Assembly: GCF_030028105.1 (NCBI RefSeq)
Contig: NC_092370.1
Span: 187,904,005-187,968,004 of the forward strand
Source of the DNA: Mobula birostris
Taxonomy: Eukaryota
Direction of reading: 5' to 3'
DNA length: 64,000 nucleotides
Under the pieces are notes generated by a model, which saw only the letters and a list, made by a program, of their open reading frames with translations, was not told the origin of the DNA and searched no databases. Made by a program: the position numbers and the translations under genes. Numbering within the stretch: the first letter of the stretch is position 1; each line of letters starts with the position of its first letter. Positions 24,401-36,400 of this stretch are shown in pieces.

Positions 24401-27400
24401 TATATGGAGGAATTTAAGGTGGGGGGGTTAAATGGGAGGCGAGGTTTAAGGGTCAGCACAACATTGTAGGCCAGAGGGCCTGTACTGTTCTATGTTCTAT
24501 GACTAGCTTAGATAGAATTTCCCCCAGGTAAAATGTCAAACACCAGGTAGAAATGTCAAACACCAGAGGACAAACATTTCAGGGTTTGGGTGGTGGGGAG
24601 ACAGGAAGTTTAAAGGTGATGTGAGGGGCAAGTTTTCTTTTTACATGCAGGGAATATTAAGGTGCACAGAATAGATTACTGGGGTTGAAGTTTGGTGGTG
24701 TTTAAGCAGTTTTTAGAAAGACACACGAATATGAAGAGAATGGAGGAATATGGATAATACACAGCAGGAAGATACTTAGTTACAAATTGGCATCAAAATT
24801 GGCACATCATGAACGTAATCATGGCTTATCCAGTGCTGTACTGTTCTACATTGTCATAGTGAAAAGAAATGTAGGGAATTGCAATTCTCAGACTAACCTT
24901 TTTGTCCCTTTTTACATGATCCCAATTCTTCTTCATCTTCTGTGGCTGTATCACACCCACGATCTCTGTGTGCAGACTCCTGGCTTTCTGTGCTGGTGCT
25001 GAGCTCTTCCTGAGTTGTGTTCCGAATCATATCTTCTTCACTTTAGAAATAACTTATATTGACAAGCAAGCCAAGATATTCCCATAATAATTCAGTAATC
25101 CCTCCCACTAAATCTATGACTAGTCATATTCCACACCAAGTCAGGTTCCTTGGCCAGATCCCAACGTACCTTCAAATTGCTTTGATCAAGTTGATTAAAC
25201 AATACAACTTTATCTATGGTAATTTTTTTTGGTCTGGATAAAAAGAAACTGACTTGAATGGACAACAATTAGTTTATTTGCTGCTGTATGGCATCATTGC
25301 CTCTGTAACGATGACTGAAGTTTAAGTGACGAATACTTAAACTAAATAAGCATACAAATATAAACAAAAATTATACAGTAAATCTACATAGACCATGACA
25401 TCCTTCTTCTTGAAAGCAAAGTAGACCAAGAAACTCATCAAGGGGAGAATGAAATCAATGAACAGTCCAACAAAGAGACTGATTTGAGAGAACTAGATTT
25501 TGGTGAACAAGAGATAACTTCAGAATGCTGATCAAAAGCAGTGTTCTATCTTTTAAAATAAGAATGCAACAGCCAGCTAATATGGAACAATGCCACTTTA
25601 TCCACTGGTCCTGTGCCAAAATAGATGCCCAGGTAATCATTTTTGTCCTTCTTGCATTATTAGAAATGCAAATAAAACATTAAATGGAAGCCCCAGCTGC
25701 CTTTTCTGATGGCCAAAACCATATCTAAAGTTTGACTACAAGAAAGCTCTTCTGTCCCAACCTACATTCATTTCTTAGAAGTATTGGAAAGTAATCATGG
25801 CCTGCGAATTTGAAAGACTGTCATGTGACTGTTTTTTTAAAGTGATAAAACATCTAAAATAAATTTGTTCACTAGAATATTTCAAGATATTTAAGGTGCT
25901 ACATAAAATCCCATAACTTTGAAATCTATCCCATTATTCTATTTATTTAGGGTCCATATTTTTGCTCATTTCTGGTTTGGCAATGTTGCCAGCTCATCAA
26001 TCGCACAACTTTGGTAAAGGTGATTAAATCAAACCCTCTAAGTTACCAATACGTTACTGATGAAAACATTTTACATTTCTTCACAATAAAGAACACATTT
26101 GCCAGCTTTTTTGGGCTTCCTATAGAGGTCCAATTTATTCTCGGCTAACAATTCAGTCTTCCAGACTAACAGACGACTGATGCTACAATCTGGAATAAAC
26201 AAAATGTTAGAAGAACTAAGTGGATCAGTTAGCAACTGGGGAGCCAAAAGATGAAAGTTAACATTTTAAGTTGAGACCTTGCATCAGGACTGAATAGGGT
26301 CTTGACTTGCACTTTTTGCTTCCACACATGCTAACTGATCCAATGTGCTCTTCAGCATTCTTTTTTTAAAACCTGACTTCCTCCCAAATCATATTAGGAT
26401 GGAGTTGAAGACACATAACAAACTGGAAGAATATGGCCCACCTATGAAAATGAGGATTGATTACGATGATAGACCAAAGAAACAGAAAAAGTAGATTTCC
26501 TTCTGCATTCAAAATAAAACCACTCCCTTGAACTTGTTGCTTGGGTTACAGCTGAAATGAGAGTATGTCTGAAGAACCAAAAAGAAACAATTCTTCACAG
26601 AATAGGGAAGCCAGATAACAATTTTAAATATCGGGGGAATTTGAAAACACACAATATGATTGAACAAACAAGTTAAAAGAAAATAAAGAAGATTTTTGAA
26701 CTATGTTAAAGAACTTGCTATCCAAGCGCCATGATAATCTGTGTAGAAGCATTGCTTAGAGTGGTGAAAAGTAGCAAATTTGTATAAAAATTTGAAAGGC
26801 ATGGCAGAAGATAACTATCAAGATTATATGCTTAGACCATCAAAACATAGAGGAACCGTCACTAACTTGCACCGATAATCCTGTAATTTCAGTCTCTGAG
26901 GTTCAAATGGGGTACCTGTCCAAATAGACCTGTGCCCTATCAACTGACTGAAGTATTCACTGAGACCTTTAACTTCTCACTTTGGTAGTCTGAGATACCC
27001 ACCTACCTCAAGCGGGCTTCAATTATACTGGTGCTTAAAGAACATGGTAACCCGCCACAATGGCCATCGCACAGAAGCACTTACATCCAAAGGGATGAAG
27101 TGTTTTGAGAGGTTGGTGATGAAACACATCAACACCTGTCTGAGCAGCAACTTGGATCCACTCCAATGTGCCTATTGGCACAAAAGTTCCACAGCACATG
27201 CCATCTCATTGATACTCCACTCAAATGGAACAGCTGGACAGTAAAGGTACATACATCAGAATACCCTACAACTACAGCTCGACATTCAATACCATCATTC
27301 CCTCAAAGCTAATCAATAAGCTTGAAGACCTTAGCCTCAATACCTCCTCATGCAATTGCATCCTCTATTTCCTTACATGCAGACCCTAACCTGTTTGGAT

Positions 27401-30400
27401 TGGCAACATCTTCTCCACCACCTCCATCAGCACAGGTGCACGACATGGTAGCATGCTTATCCCTCTGCTCTATCACTTTGCACTTACGACTGTGTGGCTA
27501 AGCATTGCTCCAATGCCATATTCAAGTTTGCTGACGACACCACTGTCGCAGGCTGAATCAGCATATAGGCGAGAGACTGAAAATATGACTGAGTGGTGGC
27601 ACAATGACCTCTTACTCAATGTCAGCAAGACCAAGGAACTGATTATTAACTTCATAGGTCCATGAGTCTGTTCTCATCAGGGAATCAGAGGTGGCAAGAG
27701 CCAGCAATTTTAAGTTCCCTGTTGTAATCATTTCAGAGCACCTGTCCTGGGCCCAGCATGCAAGTGCAATTATGAAGAAAGCACAGCAGCACCTCTACTT
27801 CCTTAGGATTTTGCAAAGATTTGGCATGACATCTAAAGCTTTGATGCCGAGCATACTGACTGGCTGCATCACAGCCTGGTATGGAAACACCAATGCCCCT
27901 GAAATGAAAATCCTACAAAAAGTAGTGGAGTACAGGACCAGAGCCATTAAACGTTCGAGTTAACACTTTCATTCCCAGAATCATTCCCGTGGACCTCCTC
28001 TGGACCCTCTAAAATGCAGCACATGTTTCCTTAGGTAAGAGGCCCAAAACTGCTCACAATATTCCAAGTGTGGTCTGACCAATGCCTTATAAAGTCTCAA
28101 CATTACATCCTTGCTCTTATATTTTAGTCCTCTTGAGAAGAATGCTAACAATGCATTTGCCTTCCTTACTACAAACTCAACCTGAAAGTTAACCTTTAGG
28201 GAATCCTGCACAAGGACTCCAAAGCCCCTTTGAAACTCTGATATTTGAATTTTCTGCCAGTTCAGAAAATAGACTATGCTTTTATTCCTTTGACCAAAAT
28301 GCATAATCATACACCTCCCTATACCAAGTTCCATCTGCCACTTCTTTGCCCATTTTCCTTCTGCAGACTTCATGAAAACATTGCACCCACACCACCACCA
28401 GCCCCTCCACCTATATTCATATCATCTGCAAACTTGGCCATAAAGCCATCAATTACTTCACCCAAATTATTGACATACAACAAGAAGTCATCCCAACACA
28501 GACTGCTGTGTAACATGACTAGTCATGGGTAGCTCGCCAGAAAAGGCCCCTTTTACTCCCACTCTTTGCCTCCTGCCAGTCAGTTTTCTATCCATGCTAA
28601 TATCTTTCCTGCAATTTATCTACCTTCAGCTTCCCAAGCACCTTCACAACAACACTCACTTCTGCCCCCAACACACCCAAATTTCTGGCATACTGCTAGT
28701 GTCTTCCACAGTGAAGACTGATGCCATTTCTTTGTCTTCCATTACTACCTCTCCAACATCATTTTCCAGTAGTCTGATATCCACTCTTGCCTCTCTTTTA
28801 CCCTTCATACGTATATTTTGATATCCTGATATCATTGGCTAGCTGACCTTGATATTTCATCGTTTCTCTCCTTTTGGCGTTTTTTTTTAAAAAGATGCCT
28901 TCTATTGGTTTTAAAAACTTCCCAATCATCTAACTACCCACTAATCTGCTGTATTAAATGCCCTCTCTTTCTTTTATGCTGTCTTTGACTTCCGTATCAG
29001 CCACAGGTTGCCTCATCCATCCAAATATTACATTTTCTTTGGGATCTATCTATTCTGCACTTTCCAAGCTGCCTCCAGAAACTCCAGCCATTGTTGTTCT
29101 GCCATCATCCTTGCTTGTGACCTATTTCAATCAACTTTGGCAAGCTCCTCTCTCATGCCTCCAATTCCCTTTACTTCACTGATATATCTGACTATCTTCT
29201 GCCTATCAAACTGAAGGCAAATTTTATCATATTATGATTACTGTCTCCCAAGGGTTCCTTTACCTTAAATCTGGCTCATTACACAATACCTGAACCAGAA
29301 TTGTCTTTTCCCAAGTGGGCTCAACCACTCTAAAATGCCATCTCATAGGCATTCTACAAATTTCCTCCCTTGGGATCCAGCACCAACCTTATCTTCCCAA
29401 TCTACCTGCATATTCAAATCCCTCAATCTCTAACTGCACTACAAGATTATCTACCTTATTCAGTACTGCGTATATTCAAATATAACACCTGCAGTGCTGT
29501 ATTCTTCACCCTTTTTGATTTTGCCCCTATTTTACACTCCAACTCATCCCACAGACTGCAATTTTGCCCAATCAACTGCCTGTCCTTCTTCACAGTCTCA
29601 CTACACTCTGCATCTGCTTGTATACCCACTGCCCATCCTCCGCCCTATCATTCCGGTTCCCAAACTCCTGCCAAATTAGTTTAAAATTGGGTTAATATGA
29701 AATAAAGCAGTATTCATGTATATTTTTGTACGGCAGAACCAAAAATATGGTCTAGGCCCTGCTGTTGCTACATAAAACATTTAACATTGTACCCACAGCC
29801 ATAAGAAAAATTAGTTGCGCCAAGTTGCTTTTGAACCATTCTTTACATATCAGAACTCAAGGCTTTCAAATTTGGACTTTTTAAAAGCATGAAATGACTT
29901 CACTGAGCCGTCACTAAAAACTTACACTGAATTTCCCTTCAAATTTCTCTGTTCTTCTTTCAGCTGATCATGCCTCTCCTTGAACCTTTGTTCTTGCTCT
30001 CTTAGTCGTTCTTCTTTTCTCTTGCGGTATCTGCCAGGTAATGTGAACATTAAATAACAACATTAAATGTACAAGAATATCAATAGTAGTATGCAATTTA
30101 GCTCTCAAGACATAATAGATATAAAAATCCTAGCTAACTACAATCTGGGCCATAGAAACCAACCCTGCAGCATACACGTTTTTTCAACTATGTGACTATC
30201 TTCCAAAGTCACATACTGCATGATGCAAGCACATTAATTTTACTCAAACCAAATTTCTATTCCTGCAGTATAATCAACAGAATGAAATTCAATGGTGGCA
30301 TTCTTAAAAATACCTTATTTAAGGCTATCCTTAGTAAGCAATGATTGTGAAAACTAGATCAGTGGATATAATTTGGTAAAAATCAATGATAACACTGGAA

Positions 30401-33400
30401 CTAGGCAGGCTTCAGTTTCACAGCCAAGGTCTTATGGGCATTTATGTAAAACGATGACAGCACAATTTGCTTGTCTGGCATAGCTCAGCTGTCATAACAC
30501 ATGCTTCAAAGCAGACTTGCATTACTTAAGATACCACAATGGTGCATTGTGGATGAAACCTGTCTGCTAGGCTGGGATTTTTCCACTGAAGAGAGGGATT
30601 TTTGTCAAATTTGGTTCCTTAAATAACTACAACAAAAATGAAACTAGAGCTTGTTACCTGGAAGACAAGACCATAAGTCATGGGAGCAGAATTAAGCTAT
30701 TTCTCCCATCAAGTCTGCTTCACCATTTGATTGTGGCCAATTTATTTTTCCATTTTCCTGCCTCCTCCCTATAACCTCTAACGCCCTTACTAATTAAGTA
30801 CCAATCAACCTCTGCTTTAAATATACACAATAATTGGCTGCCACACTGCCAATGAACTCACAAATTCACACCCCTCAGGCTAAAGAAATTCCTCAGGTCT
30901 GTTCTAAAGGGGCATCTTTCTATTCTGAAGCTGTGCCCTCTGGTCTTAGATTCTCTCGCTACTGGAAATACCCTCTCCAGATCCACTCATCTGGGCTTTT
31001 CAATATTTGGTAGGTTTAAATTAAATCCCCCCCACTTCATTCTTCTAAACTCCAACAGCTCCAGTCCAGAGTCAAACGCTCCTTAAACATTAACCTTTTA
31101 TTCCCAGGATCATCCTCAAACTTCCTTTACACTCTTTCCAAGGCCAGCACATTTTCACGAGGCCCTAACCATTATGTTATGCTGTTAACATAAGTGGCAT
31201 AAATTTGCTCCAAAAGGGTCACTTGTATATGCTTGCATAGTTGCAGCACATTTTTTTTTTAAAAAAAAACAAAACACTCACAGAAATGTAAGTGAATTTT
31301 ATCCCTCAACTATGGAATTGAAGCTTTGAATGAGATATGATAATACAGTTGGTCCTCCTTATCCGCGAGGGATTGGTTCCGGGACTCCTCGTGGATACCA
31401 AAAAACGCGGATGCTCAAGTCCCTTATTCAACCTGTCTCAATGAAATGGACCTTAGGACCCAGCGGAACCCCAGACCTTATTTAACCTGTCTCAGTGCGG
31501 TGGACATTAGGACCTGAATCTGCAGTGTTTCTGTTCACGAAAATAATCATGATTGAAAATAAAGTGGAAATAATAAGGCAATCGGAAAGAGGTGAAACGC
31601 CATCGGTCATTGGAAAAGCATTAGGCTACAGTCGGTCAACGATCAGAGCAATTTTAAAGGATAAAGTGAGAAAGGCCCTGCCCTGATGAAAGCTACAATT
31701 ATTACTAAGCAGTGGTTTAATTATTGGGTTTTGTGTTTTTGATCCTCCACATCAACGTGACACGGATGGACAGCACACTCAGGAGTGGTCTGTCACTGGA
31801 TTGAACTCAGGAACTTCTGTTCCCAAACCCAGCACTGAAACATACGTTTCTTAAGTGTTTTATATGCATAGAAAGGTAAAATATAACTGACGCTAAATAA
31901 TACCAGATGTACCTGTTCCGACTTACTTAGTAAGAGAATTTCTGTTTTTTTCCCAATNNNNNNNNNNNNNNNNNNNNNNNNNNNNNNNNNNNNNNNNNNN
32001 NNNNNNNNNNNNNNNNNNNNNNNNNNNNNNNNNNNNNNNNNNNNNNNNNNNNNNNNNNNNNNNNNNNNNNNNNNNNNNNNNNNNNNNNNNNNNNNNNNNN
32101 NNNNNNNNNNNNNNNNACAAGTGCTGGAAGAGCACTTCCGGGTTTTCTCGATTCGTGGTTGGTTGAATTCACGCATGCGGATGCGGATAAGCAGGGCTAC
32201 CTGTACCATTTATAGGCCTTTCTGCATCATTCTAGAAATTTGAGAAGAACATTTTGGTTTCACTTACAGTTGTGGCCACGATGCCATTCCCATGTCAGAT
32301 GCATATAGGATTATTTCATTCCCCATACAATGCTTTTTGAAACACTGCAGGAGAACTTAAACCATATGTCAAGTTCTCCTGCAGTGTTCCAAACTGCAGT
32401 TGCTCCCATGTCATTTCCCACTTTGGCATATAGTCTTAATGAAACCTGCAAATAATGACGTCAAATTTAATGCATTCCCACCCTAACCGTTGATATACTG
32501 ATGACGCCATGTGACACAAAGTATTGATCATTAATTGACCCCTCAATATCTGCCCTGCCTGCTCTTAAATATTCTACCTGAAGTGGACCACTGATATCTA
32601 TTCCCTCCAAATCCTTGAAGGCTATAGCACAGAACTGTTAGTCCAATTTCCAAGTTCTTGCAACCCTTCCAACACATCTGTAGGCACAGTTCTATGATAA
32701 ATTATCATTGTCTACTCGGTCCATACCTTGCTGCAGCTTCCTCTCGCCCTCTGCGGTGCTGCTCAGCTTTTAGTTCTCTAAATTCTTGCCTAGTCTGTTT
32801 CAGAATCTCTACATTATCTTCAATGAAGTCCCTTGTGGAAACCAGAGTTAGTAGCTGTCCACACAGAGCATGCAGTACCTTCAGTTTTTCCGCTGGCAAA
32901 AAGCAAGCAAAGGGATTATGAATGCATGTGCAGCAAGTTGTGCGCCAAGACTAATTTATTCTTTACTTGTTAATTGTTTCAGTGATGATGCATACTGAGA
33001 AGTTGTGCTCCGATTTGTACACTTCAGTTTCTTTGAAACTTTTACTGAATTGCCAACATTTGATTTGTGGTCAAAATAAAATAGTCAAATGTTTATTATA
33101 AAAACCTTTTAAAAAAACATGCAATCATTGAATAAACTTTCTCCTTTAGGAGGACTGATAATGACTAAACTGCTATAGGAGCAAAAGTTTTTTTAAAAAT
33201 GTATACATCGTTACCTGATGTCAAATCATACACTGGGATATTCGTTAGTTTTTTCAGAAGTTCTGGATTATTCATCCTGAATTCAACACAGGCATCATCA
33301 GAAGCATCAAATCCACCTTGCTGCTGGTATCGATACTTTGCATTTGCTGGTGTTACGTCAGTCCCCGCTGCCAAGATGTGAAGCCGGAGGATTTCAGACA

Positions 33401-36400
33401 GTGTGCAGCTATCGAGATCCAAATTACGCAATGAGCAGCCTTCAACAAATAAGCAGGTAAACATTTAATGATCATTAGGCTAGTAAAGCAAGTTTTCCCC
33501 CAATGAAAATTCAAACTGCAATTATAAGTAAAGGACCTTGGTAGAGCTGGGGCCATGCAGCTGCAAAAGCTGCAACAGCAGAGACTGCACATTTGGAGGA
33601 ATCTAGATCTTCATCCAAAGCATCTGTGAATTGAATAAAAAGTCAGAGGTTTGTTGTTAAACACAGAAACAATGTATTAAAGATACCTCAAGGACAGCTT
33701 CCAATTAAAAGCAGCACATTTAAAGTATTAACTCTCTAAAATGACTGCTCAGTTTTGCAAAGTATTTGTTAGATTGTATTTCAATACTGTCCACTTTCCC
33801 CATTAAAAACATAGAATCTGCCAAGCACCAGGATTGGAATCAGTATTGGGAAAAATAATAACCACATTTCTTTGAATTTAATTCAGCCACGGCCACCAAA
33901 ATAAACTACTGAAACGTTCGCTATTAAACAATTTTAGGTCCCCCACCCTCCATGCAGAATTGCAATTCATAAATTTTCAGTTTTACACGGCCAGTGGATT
34001 ACACTGGAAATGTGCAATTTGACCAAGGGCTTCTTGTGCTTTTGTTGACTTTAATTTTATACTTTCCACACCTACAACACATTTTCTGTACCTTCAAATT
34101 CATTAAGAATAAAAACACACATTTCATATTTTATTAAAGCTGCATCTAATGTGCATATTTCTGAGCTTCTGAAGAAACACTTCAGAAGAAAAATGATTAT
34201 GGGTTGAACTTTTTTAGGTTCAGCTCAGGGGTTTATTATAACTACAGGAAAAAGCATCAACTTCCAGTTTCTATAAAAAATTACAACTAAATCAGTCATG
34301 ACAACAAATAAACAAACTTAGTTATCTACCTTTTATCCCTCCCTTGTGATGAACATTGTTAATGCACAAATGCAATTGATCAACTGTTTATACAGTATTT
34401 GACAGCTATAAACTGAATTACAGGGTGATGTTATAAAACAATGCTAATTGGGTTTTAACAGTGCGAAAGAAAAAAAAGCCAAGTAGATTGCAAGTTAAAA
34501 AAAACTCATCATTCCTATATACAGTTCAATCTTAGTATTCCCTGGAATGTATTTCTTGTTTAAAATCACCAGCTTGTATGTTAGTGAGATATACGTCAAG
34601 AGATTTTGTCTTAACTTATTCAGGAAGTCCAGCAACAACAAGTATAATTTGCTGATTACACCACTAATCTATATCTTCAAACCAATCTCTAACCTTTTGG
34701 ATCTGGTTCCTTTAATTGTTCTTTGGCTACTTCTTCCTCTTCCTCTGCATGTGCCTGGAAGATTGCAGTTAGGAAAAAAAATAGCAATTCACAGAGTGGC
34801 CCTTCCGTGTCATTTCCAACAAGTGCTTCCTCTAGACTTTCTGTGAATTAATCAGAATCATTCCATCAGATCAGCAATTTCTCTTTTTACATTTTTTTAT
34901 TAATTTTCCAAAATTATAAACAGTATAACAATGTTGATACAGAGAGATTGGAATAATCTTATTGTTGATAAGCATGTACAAAAAAAGATTTCAAATAATA
35001 CCAGTATTATTTGAACTTCCAAACTCTTGATATAATTAATCATAGAGAAAAAAGAAATAAAAAGAAAAAAATACAAAGAACCGCCCCCCCAATAAAAACT
35101 AAACACTAAACCCAAAAGAAAAGCAAACGGAACAAAACAAGGCTAGATCATTATCTTAAATCGAACACGTTCAGTAATGTTGCCAACTCTGCTCCTCTAT
35201 TCATATATTTTAAGTTAATAAGAAGGATTCGGAAAGGTCAAATTACATCATATGAAAATGTTGAATAAATGGTTTCCAAGTCTCTTCAAATTTAACCGAA
35301 GGATCAAAAATGTCACTTCTGATTTTTTCTAGATTTAAACATAATATAGTTTGGGAAAACCATTGAAATGTAGTAGGAGGATTGGTCTCCTTCCAGTTAA
35401 ATAAAATGGATCTTCTGGCCATTAAAGTATCAAATGCAATCATCCGACAGGCTGAAGAGGATAAAAATCTATGTTCTGCCCTTGGCAAGCCAAAAATTAC
35501 CGTAATAGGATGGGGTTGTAAATCAAAACGCAAAACTGTTGAGTAATATCAAAAATATCTTTCCAGAATTTTTACAAAAGAGGACAGGACCAAAACATAC
35601 GAGTTAAAGAAGCCACTTCAGAGTGACATCCGTCACAAATAGGGTTTATATGGGAATAAAAATGGGCTAATTTTTCTTCAGACATATGGGCCCTATGCAC
35701 TACTTTAAATTGTATTAGTGTATGTTTAGCACATATAGAGGAAGAACTAATTGAAAAATTTTATCCCACTTCTCTATGGGTAGGGAAAGTTGAAGTTCCC
35801 TTTCCTATTCATTTTTAATTTTATCAGCTATACCTCGCTGTAATTTCATAATTATATCATAAATTATTCCCTTCTGAAAGGGATTTAAACCTAAAATTTT
35901 ATCAATGATATCAGTAGGGTACGAGGTTGGGAAGGTAGCAATTTCTCAACAATAAATCTTAAAATCTTAAATATTCTGAGAATATTATTGCACATCTAAA
36001 ATAGTAGAAAAATTCTGGTTTACTTCAAACAATTAGGCAATTAACACCTGCAGATCAGTTTCATTATCAATTTATAGTCTTTTAAATGAGAACAATAAAA
36101 TACATTTGTTGCCACCTATTAAGCTGCCTCAGTTCCAATTTAAAGTCCTCCATCGTCTTAAGTGCTCCCTTGAGAAAGTGGGAAACTTGCCTTTGTGCAT
36201 TTTTGTGGGTCCCGAGGTTACTGGGAAAGCCAATGTGAAACCGCAAATTCTTCTACACAACAGGCCCTAGTCTGATGGAATCAGTGATCAGGAAGTTTTG
36301 CGAGAGATGTGCTCCTTCTTTCATGTTCAGTACCATCCAAAATACTAGTTCTCCACTCCTGAGTAGAAATGAATCAGATCTACAGGAATGAGTGGGAATA

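Larger units (their letters stand above)
16250..24850 (+). mobile_element. Ancient CR1 fragmented by many nested insertions
   Basis: Collinear CR1 ORF2 pieces at ~16250-16423, 17065-17760, 18385-18760, 19645-19905, 21030-21097 and 24502-24850. Confidence 0.7.

Noticed and set aside
24524-24566. ~20-bp tandem duplication, and a 9-bp palindrome at ~34166-34188
   Set aside because: Short slippage or chance features with no supporting context.
31793-32209. ORFs containing long X runs
   Set aside because: Artefacts of the 159-N gap.
33440-33536. Possible U12 intron because of the gtcctt donor
   Set aside because: Lacks the RTATCCTT donor and TCCTTAAC branch consensus; treated as a weak U2 intron.
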